The notes under the pieces: generated by a model
What the model saw: the letters and a program-made list of their open reading frames with translations, nothing else
Told to the model about the DNA's origin: nothing
Databases searched by the model: none
Assembly (NCBI RefSeq): GCF_963677315.2
Contig: NZ_CAXXMJ010000002.1
Span: 516,006 to 580,005, forward strand
Direction: 5' to 3'
DNA: 64,000 nucleotides
Origin: an uncultured Sphaerochaeta sp.
Lineage (GTDB): Bacteria > Spirochaetota > Spirochaetia > Sphaerochaetales > Sphaerochaetaceae
Position numbers and translations under genes: made by a program
In this document: positions 1 to 9,010 of the stretch, one piece after another
Position numbering within the stretch: position 1 is the stretch's first letter
How the letters are laid out: every line of letters begins with the position of its first letter

Positions 1-1
1 T

Positions 2-883
2 ACCGGGAAAGAACGTGGCTTGTTTGTTTCATCCGGTTCGATGGGCAACCTGATCAGCCTCTATATCAATGGGGGAAGAAGCAATGAGGTATTCACTGCT
101 GCCAACAGCCATATCATCCACCATGAAATAGGTGCAGTAGCTGCCATTGCAGGGGTGCTTCCCATTTCCTTCGATGTACCCCGTGGCATTCTCAACGCTG
201 ATGCATTTATCGGAAAAGTGAAACAGGGCGCATACGACATGGCCAACACCACGCTCATTGAGGTGGAGAACACGATTGGAGGATACTGCTATCCTTTGGA
301 AAATCTGGAAGGGATCAAGGATTTTGCATCAACCCATGATTTGAAAGTACATATGGATGGAGCGAGAATCTTCAATGCACAGGTCGCTTCAGGAATTTCA
401 GTAAAGACCTATGCAAGTTATGCAGATACCATTACCTTCTGTCTCTCCAAGGGGCTGGGTTGTCCTGTTGGCAGCATGCTCTGTGGTGATGAGGAATTCA
501 TCAACAAAGCCCTTACAATCAGAAAGATGCTGGGCGGAGGAATGCGACAAACCGGTGTGCTTGCAGCTGCCGGACTCTATGCACTTGAGAATCATGTGGA
601 TCGATTGGCAGACGACCACGCCCATGCAAAAGCCTTGGCAGATGCCTTGGTGAAAGGGGGATGGGCTGAGGTAGATACAGAAGGAGTGCAAACCAATATT
701 GTCTTCTTCCGTGTTCCCATGGTACAGAGTGCTACAGTGGTGAGCCAATTGGCAAAACAGGGAATCTTGGCAAATACTGAAGGTGATATGGTTCGGCTTG
801 TGACCAATCTGGATTTGCATGATGAAGATATCAGCGAACTCTGCACCCTGTTGGAGAATTTCCAGATCGAGGCTGAAGCATGA
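2..883 (+). CDS. ltaE: Low-specificity L-threonine aldolase family (PLP-dependent), 5' end cut by window edge
   Basis: The frame is open back to base 2; the listed ORF 20..883 starts at an internal TTG. Hand alignment from memory to E. coli LtaE matches VHMDGARIFNA, FCLSKGLGCPVGS (PLP lysine) and GGGMRQTGVLAAAGLYAL. Confidence 0.8.
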   Translation, partial: TGKERGLFVSSGSMGNLISLYINGGRSNEVFTAANSHIIHHEIGAVAAIAGVLPISFDVPRGILNADAFIGKVKQGAYDMANTTLIEVENTIGGYCYPLENLEGIKDFASTHDLKVHMDGARIFNAQVASGISVKTYASYADTITFCLSKGLGCPVGSMLCGDEEFINKALTIRKMLGGGMRQTGVLAAAGLYALENHVDRLADDHAHAKALADALVKGGWAEVDTEGVQTNIVFFRVPMVQSATVVSQLAKQGILANTEGDMVRLVTNLDLHDEDISELCTLLENFQIEAEA

Positions 884-1668
884 AAACAACCCTCATCTGC
901 TTCTCAGGAACAGGAAACAGCTACTATATTGCTCAGAAACTAAGCAGTGAGCTTGAAGATTGCCAAGTATTGATGATTCCTTCCTTAATGGAAGTACCAA
1001 CCTTCACCATCACTGAACAGGTAGGGTTTGTTTTTCCCGTCTATAAGGGGTTTCCACCCAATCTGGTCCCTCACTTCATCGAAGAGGTTTTCCAAAAGCA
1101 GGATCTCTCCCCATTGAAATACCTGTTTTTGGTAACCACTCGCTATCTCTTCCAGGCATATACCTTCCAGGCGATGGAAGTCCTGCTCAAGGAAGCGGGC
1201 GCGGTAGTGAGCTATGCCAACCATATTGTGATGCCAGATGGCTATATCCCCTTGCTCAGCGCTCCAAGTGAAGAGAAGATTGAGGAACTCTATGCAAAAG
1301 CTGACCTGAAGGTAGCAGAAATTGCAAAGGATATCAGAGAGGAGGTTATCAAACCACCTCACAGACCTCCCCTCTCTCGCTTTGCGATCAACCATGTCAT
1401 GATCCCAATCCATCGTGCATTCATGGATACAGCGCTCGATTTTGCTGTAACCGATGCGTGTACCTCATGTGGGCTCTGTTACCGGATGTGCCCATCTGCA
1501 AACATCGAGATGAAAGATGGAAAACCTGTCTTTGATCGTGCATGCACTGGATGCCTTGGTTGTTACCATCGCTGTCCTGAACATGCTATCGTATTCAAAA
1601 CCAAAAAAGTCCGTGAGGGGTATTACCCCAACCCACGTTCAGGCTATCAAGTGGAGTATCGTTCGTAA
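880..1668 (+). CDS. EFR1-type ferredoxin: flavodoxin-like N-domain fused to a 2x[4Fe-4S] ferredoxin domain
   Basis: N-terminal CFSGTGNS flavodoxin-like loop. Two CxxCxxCxxxCP motifs (CTSCGLCYRMCP, CTGCLGCYHRCP). ATGA overlap with the ltaE stop at 880-883. Confidence 0.7.
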   Translation: MKTTLICFSGTGNSYYIAQKLSSELEDCQVLMIPSLMEVPTFTITEQVGFVFPVYKGFPPNLVPHFIEEVFQKQDLSPLKYLFLVTTRYLFQAYTFQAMEVLLKEAGAVVSYANHIVMPDGYIPLLSAPSEEKIEELYAKADLKVAEIAKDIREEVIKPPHRPPLSRFAINHVMIPIHRAFMDTALDFAVTDACTSCGLCYRMCPSANIEMKDGKPVFDRACTGCLGCYHRCPEHAIVFKTKKVREGYYPNPRSGYQVEYRS

Positions 1669-2918
1669 TGGATTCAATGTTTGACCAAATCACAGACCGT
1701 CGTTCCTCCTTGTCTGTCAAGTGGAACAAGGAAGTCATCGCATCGATATGTGGAAACCCTGAAGCAGAACCTTTTTGGGTTGCTGATATGGACTTTCCTG
1801 TAGCTCCGGAAGTATCCAGGCAGGCACGGATGCTTGCTGAACATGCAATCTACGGGTATCCCTACGCACCAGAGCAGAAGACAGCCTTTCTTGTATGGGC
1901 GAAGCAATGGCATCAGATGGATCTGTCGCAAAACCAAGTGGTACCCAGCCAAGGGGTCCTGAACAGTATTGCCATTCTTCTGGATCTCCTCAGTAAAGAG
2001 AAGGATGAGATCATTGTACCTTTCCCTTCTTACCAACCGTTTGTGACCATGGTAAACAACCTAGGAAGGACCTTGAGTCCTTGGCCGCTTTCTTTCGATG
2101 AACACCTCCATCAATTCTTTCCTGATTGGAATGCATTTGAGGAACTCTGCAACACGGCAAAGATTCTTATCTTCTGCAGCCCCCATAACCCCTCGGGTCT
2201 CGTATTCAGCGAAGCTGAGCTTACCAAACTGTGCACCATCGCAAAGAAACATGGTGTGACTATTATCAGTGATGAGATTCACGCAGATCTTCGCTATGAT
2301 TCTTTCGTAAGTCTTCTGGAAGTAGGTAAAAGAACTGAGTGTGAAAGCATTGTATGCATGGCTCCCTCCAAAACATTCAATATGGCTGGAGAACACTACT
2401 CAATTACCCTGTTCAATAATCCAAGCCTCAAGAAAGCGTATGAGAAGAAGCTGCAGCAACTTTTTCTTTCAGGCAATTCAACATTCGCCATGACACTGGC
2501 TACAGCTGCCTACCAGAGTGGAGAGTCATGGTTACGTGAGTTACTCTCCTACTTGCAAGGCAACATTACCTATATCGATGAGACATTACAGAAATATGTC
2601 CCGGAGATTGTATGTATCAAGCCAAAAGCCTCATTCATTACCCTGCTAGACTGCGCTGCCTTGCTCCCTCTGGTCGAGAAGGACAGGGATGCACACCCAG
2701 AGCTCTATGACAGTAAGAAAAGCCCGGGAGGAGGCTTGCTGTCCAGATTCTTCGGCCAGCGTGCAAATGTTGCTTTTAATGATGGTACGTGGTTTGGAGG
2801 AGAGGAGTACCGAAGGTTTGTGAGGATCAACTTTGGAACACAGAGGGTCCGTCTTGAGCAGGCAATGGAGAGAATCATCAGAGCGGTGGAAGTACTGAGA
2901 AAAACCTACGGGAGTTGA
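1668..2918 (+). CDS. patB: MalY/PatB-type PLP-dependent C-S lyase (class I/II aminotransferase fold)
   Basis: N-terminal DRRSSLSVKW pattern, plus SPHNPSG, SDEIHADL and APSKTFN (PLP lysine) motifs. The start overlaps the upstream stop (TAATG at 1666-1670). Confidence 0.75.
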   Translation: MDSMFDQITDRRSSLSVKWNKEVIASICGNPEAEPFWVADMDFPVAPEVSRQARMLAEHAIYGYPYAPEQKTAFLVWAKQWHQMDLSQNQVVPSQGVLNSIAILLDLLSKEKDEIIVPFPSYQPFVTMVNNLGRTLSPWPLSFDEHLHQFFPDWNAFEELCNTAKILIFCSPHNPSGLVFSEAELTKLCTIAKKHGVTIISDEIHADLRYDSFVSLLEVGKRTECESIVCMAPSKTFNMAGEHYSITLFNNPSLKKAYEKKLQQLFLSGNSTFAMTLATAAYQSGESWLRELLSYLQGNITYIDETLQKYVPEIVCIKPKASFITLLDCAALLPLVEKDRDAHPELYDSKKSPGGGLLSRFFGQRANVAFNDGTWFGGEEYRRFVRINFGTQRVRLEQAMERIIRAVEVLRKTYGS

Positions 2919-3901
2919 GCAGCCAAACCCTTTGCCAAAAACCGGATGCCTTTCTCATCAGGGTGAATGAACCCATCATCATAGGCATCGCGTAAGGACA
3001 GGGAGAGACCATTTGCCACACGGATATGGGGAAAACAGTAGGTTGCATACTCTATGGTCTTCTGCATTTCAGCGAAGCTTCCCATCTTCTGCGTATGCTG
3101 GATATCAGCCCTCCAAAGTGGAGTGAGTACTGTAACTGGTACTGATGGGTAGAACTTCCTGATTCTCCCCAGTAACGCAAACATCTCCCCGCGTAAATCT
3201 GCAAGATTTTCACGAATTGACCAATCATTGGTTCCGAGTGCCACAAGTATACCATGGATGGGAATATCTAGCTTTTGGATAAGTCTTGAATTCACCAAAG
3301 CGCCAGCGAGACCTTGGTTGATGACCTGTACTCCCTTGAGTGAGGAGAGCCTCTCGCATAATGCCAGAGAGGGATGGTGAATTCCTACCCCTTGGACGAT
3401 TGAATCCCCGATGCAAAGCAGTGTCTTCTCTTTCTTTTCAATAGGCTGTGCATCGCCTTCTATACAAAAACCCACCCGATGATGCATGGGAAGATAGAGA
3501 CTTACCATATTCCCTTTTTCGATGGAGACCTGGTCACTCTGTAAAGGGAGATGGATCATATCCTTACCTTCGTACAAGAGGTCGATGGTCTCAGATAGGT
3601 CCAGCTGCCTGGGATAGAGAGACGCAAAATCGATAACCTGCTCGCCCTTCTTTGGAAGCAGGGACTGGCTATACCGTCTCAGATGCACCGTCACATCTGT
3701 AAGGGTGTGAAAACGTAGGCAGACCGAGGCACTGGTTCCTGCCATCGCACGATATAGAGGATGGGTGTTGTAACCCATCTCCTGTTCTTCTGAGAAACGG
3801 AGAGCACAATAATACCCATCCTCAAGAAGTTCAACCGATAATGCATTATGTGTTAGGGCGAATATGTTCTCTTTAGAAGTCGAGCAGTGTTCGGCTGCCA
3901 T
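2906..3901 (-). CDS. SGNH/GDSL hydrolase with an N-terminal accessory domain (carbohydrate-esterase-like)
   Basis: The C-terminal half carries SGNH blocks: LLCIGDSIVQG (block I Ser), LGTNDW (block III) and DGFIHPDEKG (block V Asp/His). Start placed at ATG 3901. The listed ORF to 4015 would overlap fsa by 143 nt. Even ATG 3901 overlaps the fsa 3' end by 29 nt, so the start is uncertain. Confidence 0.6.
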   Translation of the reverse strand: MAAEHCSTSKENIFALTHNALSVELLEDGYYCALRFSEEQEMGYNTHPLYRAMAGTSASVCLRFHTLTDVTVHLRRYSQSLLPKKGEQVIDFASLYPRQLDLSETIDLLYEGKDMIHLPLQSDQVSIEKGNMVSLYLPMHHRVGFCIEGDAQPIEKKEKTLLCIGDSIVQGVGIHHPSLALCERLSSLKGVQVINQGLAGALVNSRLIQKLDIPIHGILVALGTNDWSIRENLADLRGEMFALLGRIRKFYPSVPVTVLTPLWRADIQHTQKMGSFAEMQKTIEYATYCFPHIRVANGLSLSLRDAYDDGFIHPDEKGIRFLAKGLAAQLP

Positions 3902-4550
3902 ATATCTCTTCCCAGTTTTCTGAAAAATCGTGGACTGCCCGGGTAATGGAAGGCATGTGGAGTCCGGTCTGCAACAGTGAATAGGGAACGGTGCAACAGC
4001 TTGCCCCACTGGCATAGCTGGTAGTTATCTCACTGAGATTCTTGAAACTCGCTGCGAGCACCTGGCAGTTGGTACTGTTTGCCCAGAGAAGACTGCTGAG
4101 TTCCTTGATGACCTTTGCTGCATCAATATCAATGTTCAACATCCTATTGTAGTAGACAGCAAGATATCTTGCCCCAGAGAGCATCGCCAAGATACCCTGC
4201 ATGGTTGTATAGATTGCAGTGGCGGTAATATTCACTTGGCGGGAGGCTAGAATCTTAATGGCTTTCAAGCCTTCTTCAGTCACAGGAATCTTTATGAATG
4301 TATTCCTGCCCAGTATTGAAAGGATTTTCTCTGCCTCGGCGATGATGTGCTCCGCATCGTGGGCAACAACCTGTACATGAAGGCTTCTCTCTTCCCCAAT
4401 AAGATCACGGATCTGGTGCATATGGGCAAAGAAATCTATCCTACCCTCTGCCTTGATGATGGAAGGGTTGGAGGTAACCCCATTAATGGGATACGTTTCC
4501 AAACCTTTCTTGATCTCTTCCAAATTAGCTGTATCAAGCATGAGTTCCAT
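3873..4550 (-). CDS. fsa: Fructose-6-phosphate aldolase / transaldolase-like protein (Fsa/TalC subfamily)
   Basis: 225 aa. MELMLDTANLEEI...GVTSNPSII and the Schiff-base lysine context FIKIPVTEEGL align by eye with E. coli FsaA (from memory). GAGG SD 7 nt upstream of the ATG. Confidence 0.8.
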   Translation of the reverse strand: MELMLDTANLEEIKKGLETYPINGVTSNPSIIKAEGRIDFFAHMHQIRDLIGEERSLHVQVVAHDAEHIIAEAEKILSILGRNTFIKIPVTEEGLKAIKILASRQVNITATAIYTTMQGILAMLSGARYLAVYYNRMLNIDIDAAKVIKELSSLLWANSTNCQVLAASFKNLSEITTSYASGASCCTVPYSLLQTGLHMPSITRAVHDFSENWEEIYGSRTLLDF

Positions 4551-4599
4551 ACTATACCTCGCTCTTTATCATGCCATAAAACCGTGATGAGAGGAAAGC

Positions 4600-5745
4600 T
4601 TAATCCCTGAGCTTTTTCTCACGGTACTGTTGTGGGGTCATGTGATAATTGCGCTTAAAGAGGCTGTAGAAACGGTGTATTGAAGAGAAACCACACTGTT
4701 GGGCAATGGAAGCAATACTCTCCTTTGAGTGAGTGAGCAGAAGAGCTGCCCTGGAAAGCTTTTCTGCAGTTATCTCCTCCCAGATGGTGGTACCACGTAC
4801 TGAGCGGAAGCGCATTTCCAGGGAACGCCTGCAAATGGTGGCCTGACGCGCAACCTCGCTCGCTTGCAACCCTCCGGTAGCTTCTGCCTTGATCAGCTGC
4901 ATCGCCTTTGCCACCTGTTCATCTTCACAAAAAAACAGGCGGGTACTCTCCCTTTCCCTTACCGGTCCAGGAGCTATGCGACGTATATGCACCCCGCTTG
5001 CCTCGTCGTTAAGCAAGGAGTCGAGCATTGCAGAAGCTTGGTACCCGATCGTCTCACAATCGGGCTGAATGCTTGAGATGGAAGGACTGGCCAACTCACA
5101 GAGCAACGTCTCATTGTCCACGCCCAGCACCATAATCTCCTCAGGTATGCCAATACCCAATCGTTGACACACGAGTTCCACTTTCATTGCAGAAAGGTCA
5201 TTACAACAGAATACACTGCAGGGTTTTGGAAGCTCAGTCAACCACGCTTCCAGGTCTGCATCTGAATCATAGAGATGCCTCCACCAGGAAAGAGAGCGGG
5301 AGAAACTCGGCATCATCTCGGGAATGGAGGAGGTTGCACTACAGAATCCAATGAAGCGCTCTCGTGCCCAATGCACCTGTTCTACGCCACACCAAGCAAG
5401 ATGCTGGCTTCCCAACTTTTTCAGGTACACACCTGCACTTACCCCCGTTTGGTAGTCATCATTTCTGACTTGACTGAAAAGTTTCAGTGAGGTGGCCCCG
5501 GCAATATCGACCACGGGGATACCAAGTGAAGCACAGAACCGTGCATCCTCATCATCCTCAATTCGGGCGATCAGGGCATCACAGGAAAGAAGCGCCTCCT
5601 TGTCGAGAGAGAAGAACCAAGGACCTTGCCCTCGCACCTGCCAGTCGAACTTGGAGCGGGCATACTGTACCACCCCATTTGCAACGGCCATGTCATAACC
5701 ATCCTGGAACCGTAGTTTCAATCCTATCTGTTTCATGGTTTCCAC
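4600..5745 (-). CDS. XylR-type regulator: periplasmic-binding-protein-like sensor domain plus AraC-family HTH
   Basis: C-terminal AraC signature (IASIAQQCGFSSIHRFYSLFKRNYHMTPQQYR) follows a ~270-aa PBP/LacI-like sugar-binding domain. The listed start is GTG 5745; ATG 5736 is an alternative. Confidence 0.7.
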   Translation of the reverse strand: METMKQIGLKLRFQDGYDMAVANGVVQYARSKFDWQVRGQGPWFFSLDKEALLSCDALIARIEDDEDARFCASLGIPVVDIAGATSLKLFSQVRNDDYQTGVSAGVYLKKLGSQHLAWCGVEQVHWARERFIGFCSATSSIPEMMPSFSRSLSWWRHLYDSDADLEAWLTELPKPCSVFCCNDLSAMKVELVCQRLGIGIPEEIMVLGVDNETLLCELASPSISSIQPDCETIGYQASAMLDSLLNDEASGVHIRRIAPGPVRERESTRLFFCEDEQVAKAMQLIKAEATGGLQASEVARQATICRRSLEMRFRSVRGTTIWEEITAEKLSRAALLLTHSKESIASIAQQCGFSSIHRFYSLFKRNYHMTPQQYREKKLRD

Positions 5746-5842
5746 TCTATCACAAAATGCGCATTTAGATAGTATCTTTTCGCATATAAAGCATTGCTAA
5801 CTCGCATAAACACGATAAGGTATACATATTAGGAGGAGTACT

Positions 5843-6841
5843 ATGCAACTACCTACACGAACTATTGCGAGCACCAAAGCAGAGATACCCATCATAGGCG
5901 TGGGGACCTTTGGTTCTGACCACATTTCCAGTAGCGAGATGGCTGAAGCAGTACGAACTGCCTTGCTTCTAGGCTACCGAAACATTGACTGCGCAAGCGT
6001 ATACAACAATGAGAAAGAGATTGGAGAAGTTCTGAAATCCTGTGGAATCAAGCGGGAAGAGCTCTGGATCACAAGCAAGGTATGGAATGATTCCCACGGC
6101 AGGGACAATGTTATTGCATCTGCAAAACAGTCACTCAAGGACCTGCAAGTGGACTACCTTGACCTCTACCTTGTGCACTGGCCGCTGCCGAATTTCCATC
6201 CACCACACTGTGATGTAACCAGTCGCAGCCCTGATGCAAGACCTTACATCCATGAAGAGTTCATGGAAACATGGTCTGCCATGGAGGAACTTGTGACCAT
6301 GGGCCTCGTTCGTCATATCGGCACCAGCAACATGACCAAAGCAAAGATGGAATTATTGCTTGCCTCCTGCAATATCAGACCTGCCTTCAATGAGATGGAA
6401 CTCCATCCCTGCTTCCAGCAACCAGAGTTGCTCTCCTATATCAAGCAGGAGGGAATTATTCCCATTGGGTACAGTCCCTTGGGATCCCCAAACAGGCCTG
6501 AGAGAGATACAACACCAGAGGATGTCATCGATATGCAACATCCACTTGTTGTAGAGATTGCGAAAAGGCACAACTGCCACCCTGCCGCAATCTGTCTCAA
6601 GTGGGCTCAAGCAAATGGGATTATCCCCATCCCTCTGTCCACGAAGGAAAGGAATTTGAGGAGCAATCTGGAGAGTGTCCTTACTGATCCACTCACTGAG
6701 GAGGAAGTACTCACCCTCAAGGATGCAGATTGCAATAATCGTTTGATCAAGGGACAGGTCTTCCTTTGGGAGGGGGCTGATTCTTGGCATGACCTTTGGG
6801 ATGAGGATGGGACCATTCCCTGCCCAGAAAGATACCGATAA
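5843..6841 (+). CDS. Aldo/keto reductase family oxidoreductase
   Basis: AKR motifs GYRNIDCASVYNNE, LWITSKVWN and LDLYLVHWP. AGGAGG SD upstream. Confidence 0.8.
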   Translation: MQLPTRTIASTKAEIPIIGVGTFGSDHISSSEMAEAVRTALLLGYRNIDCASVYNNEKEIGEVLKSCGIKREELWITSKVWNDSHGRDNVIASAKQSLKDLQVDYLDLYLVHWPLPNFHPPHCDVTSRSPDARPYIHEEFMETWSAMEELVTMGLVRHIGTSNMTKAKMELLLASCNIRPAFNEMELHPCFQQPELLSYIKQEGIIPIGYSPLGSPNRPERDTTPEDVIDMQHPLVVEIAKRHNCHPAAICLKWAQANGIIPIPLSTKERNLRSNLESVLTDPLTEEEVLTLKDADCNNRLIKGQVFLWEGADSWHDLWDEDGTIPCPERYR

Positions 6842-6852
6842 GGAGAAAACTG

Positions 6853-7920
6853 ATGGAAAAGAAGATGATGAAGGGAGCAAAGCTTCCAGGAAACAGTACA
6901 GTAGCATTCGGTGAGTTCGAGATTCCCAAGCCGGGGTATGGACAGGTGCTGGTTAAGACCAAGTGCAGTACCATATGCGGGAGTGATATCAGGGCAATCT
7001 ATCGTGAACACCTCGGGAAAGGACCTGAAGGATACCAGAACGTCATTGCAGGACACGAGCCTTGTGGCCAGATTGTTGAAGAAGGCGAAGGGCTGAAGCG
7101 GTTCAAGAAAGGCGACCGTGTAGTCGTCTATCACATCAGTGGATGTGGAGTTTGCCATGAATGCCGCCAGGGCTATATGATCAGCTGCACAAGCGACAAG
7201 AGAGCTGCCTATGGCTGGCAGAGGGATGGGGGCATGGCTGAATACATGCTTTGTGACGAGAAGGATCTTGTCTACCTCCCAGAGGAGTTGACCTATGCTG
7301 ATGGCGCTCAGGTTGCTTGCGGCTTTGGTACGGTCTATGAAGCCATCGAGAAAGTCGGCGTAAGCGGTAATGATGCAGTGCTGGTTGTAGGTCTTGGCCC
7401 AGTTGGCCTGGCAGCATTGATGCTTGCAAAGGCAATGGGTGCAAACAAACTCATAGGAATCGAATCCCAAAGTGCACGTATCGAGCTGGCAAAGAAGCTC
7501 GGCCTTGTTGACCATGTATTTACTCCTGCAGAAGACAATGTGGCACAAATCAAAGCTCTTACCGGAGGCAACGGTGTCGAACGCGCTTTCGATTGTTCAG
7601 CAAGTGATGCTGGTCGTGCAACTGCGATCAGGGCAACACGAAAGTGGGGCAAGATTGCACTGGTTGGAGAAGGTGGCACCGTACACTTCAACCCAAGTGA
7701 GGACATGCTGCATGACCAGAAAACCGTATACGGAAGCTGGGTGACCAGTATCTGGAAAATGGAAGATCTTGTAGAGCGACTGGTTCGCTGGGGTATCCAC
7801 CCTGAAGAGCTCATCACTCATCGTTTCCCTCTTGAGAAAGCTGATGAGGCATATGCCCTGATGGCAAGTGGTGCATGTGGAAAGGTTGCTGTTTGTTTTG
7901 ACGAGGAGCTTCCTAGCTAA
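6853..7920 (+). CDS. Zn-dependent medium-chain dehydrogenase (iditol/threonine dehydrogenase-like)
   Basis: Catalytic Zn motif GHEPCG, structural Zn loop CGVCHECRQGYMISC, Rossmann motif VVGLGPVGL. AAGGAG SD. Confidence 0.8.
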   Translation: MEKKMMKGAKLPGNSTVAFGEFEIPKPGYGQVLVKTKCSTICGSDIRAIYREHLGKGPEGYQNVIAGHEPCGQIVEEGEGLKRFKKGDRVVVYHISGCGVCHECRQGYMISCTSDKRAAYGWQRDGGMAEYMLCDEKDLVYLPEELTYADGAQVACGFGTVYEAIEKVGVSGNDAVLVVGLGPVGLAALMLAKAMGANKLIGIESQSARIELAKKLGLVDHVFTPAEDNVAQIKALTGGNGVERAFDCSASDAGRATAIRATRKWGKIALVGEGGTVHFNPSEDMLHDQKTVYGSWVTSIWKMEDLVERLVRWGIHPEELITHRFPLEKADEAYALMASGACGKVAVCFDEELPS

Positions 7921-8998
7921 AGACCCGATTGAACCGTGGGGAGTGCTCGTTGAAAGCCACTATTGACTTATCATCGGTCACTACCCCACCGTTGTCTTCC
8001 ATCACACAGATGGTTGGTTCAATTACGACGGTGGAAGGAAATCCTTGCTGATCACCATCAAGACGACGGATCAGGAGTTGGGCAGCCATTTCACCCATCT
8101 GGTCGAGAGGCTGTGCTACTGCATAGTGGCAGAATTTGAGCAGTGGTGCATAGTAGAGGTAGTCGAACGTGGAGAACACCACCTTTGAACGGATCTCCCT
8201 GGAAGCTTTGCTCATCAGATAGCTTGTTGCCCCAATATGCACCATATCATTTACCACGAAAAATGTATCAGGGCATTTCGGCATCGTAAAAGCTTTTTCC
8301 ATAAGGGTATATCCAGCCTTTTGGGTCATTCCTCCAAGTAGGATAAAATCGGGATCGACATCCAGCTGGTGGTCATGCATTGCATCCAAGAACCCGTGGA
8401 GACGCTCAACCGATGTATGGACATGATTGTCTCCACCCAGAAATCCAATATTGGTTTTCCCTTCCCTGATCAGCGCACAGGTCACATCATATGCACCCTT
8501 GCGGTTGTCGGTAAGGATGACATCACAACGCAATCCTTCAATTTTTCGGTCGAGCATGACCAGGGGAATATTTGCGATTGCCGGGGAGGTAAAATGTGCA
8601 CCAACATCACCGACTGGAATAACGAGAAGTGCATCAACATTTCGCTCAAGCAGAAATGCAAGTTTACGCTTTTCTTCCTGCACTGAATTCTCTGAACTAC
8701 AGAGCAGTAGTGCATACCCAAGTGGGCCGAGCAACTTTTCCAGCTGCTCGACTATTTCGGTGAAGAAGGTGTTCGAAATCTCTGGGACGATGATCCCGAT
8801 ACTCTTGGTTACCCTGAGTTTCAGGGAGCGTGCTACCGCATTACGCTGATAGTGCAGCATATTGACAGCGGAAAGCACTTTCCTTTCCGTCTCTGGATTC
8901 ACCACCCCGAGATTGTTCAGAACTCTACTGACAGTGGCAATGGAGACGCCAGCAAGATTCGCGACATCCTTGATTGTTGCTGCTTCTCGTTTGCCCAT
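7913..8998 (-). CDS. LacI-family transcriptional regulator
   Basis: N-terminal HTH ATIKDVANLAGVSIATVSRVLNN followed by a type-1 periplasmic-binding fold. It is the last gene of the CUT2 ABC operon. Confidence 0.85.
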   Translation of the reverse strand: MGKREAATIKDVANLAGVSIATVSRVLNNLGVVNPETERKVLSAVNMLHYQRNAVARSLKLRVTKSIGIIVPEISNTFFTEIVEQLEKLLGPLGYALLLCSSENSVQEEKRKLAFLLERNVDALLVIPVGDVGAHFTSPAIANIPLVMLDRKIEGLRCDVILTDNRKGAYDVTCALIREGKTNIGFLGGDNHVHTSVERLHGFLDAMHDHQLDVDPDFILLGGMTQKAGYTLMEKAFTMPKCPDTFFVVNDMVHIGATSYLMSKASREIRSKVVFSTFDYLYYAPLLKFCHYAVAQPLDQMGEMAAQLLIRRLDGDQQGFPSTVVIEPTICVMEDNGGVVTDDKSIVAFNEHSPRFNRVFS

Positions 8999-9010
8999 GT
9001 ACCAACCTAC

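Noticed and set aside
3902-4015. The longer N-terminus of the SGNH hydrolase ORF, and similar 5' extensions of the listed ORFs at 10069, 11553, 12726, 19322, 30225, 45011, 46415, 50688, 54053 and 58545
   Set aside because: Each extension runs into the upstream gene or lacks an SD. An internal ATG with a good AGGAG-type SD lies right after the upstream stop, so starts were moved accordingly.
6607-7548. 313-aa ORF on the minus strand opposite the Zn-ADH gene
   Set aside because: It lies entirely antisense to a CDS with clear Zn-ADH motifs. It has no SD and a low-complexity Ser/Cys/Leu-rich translation. This is a typical shadow ORF.
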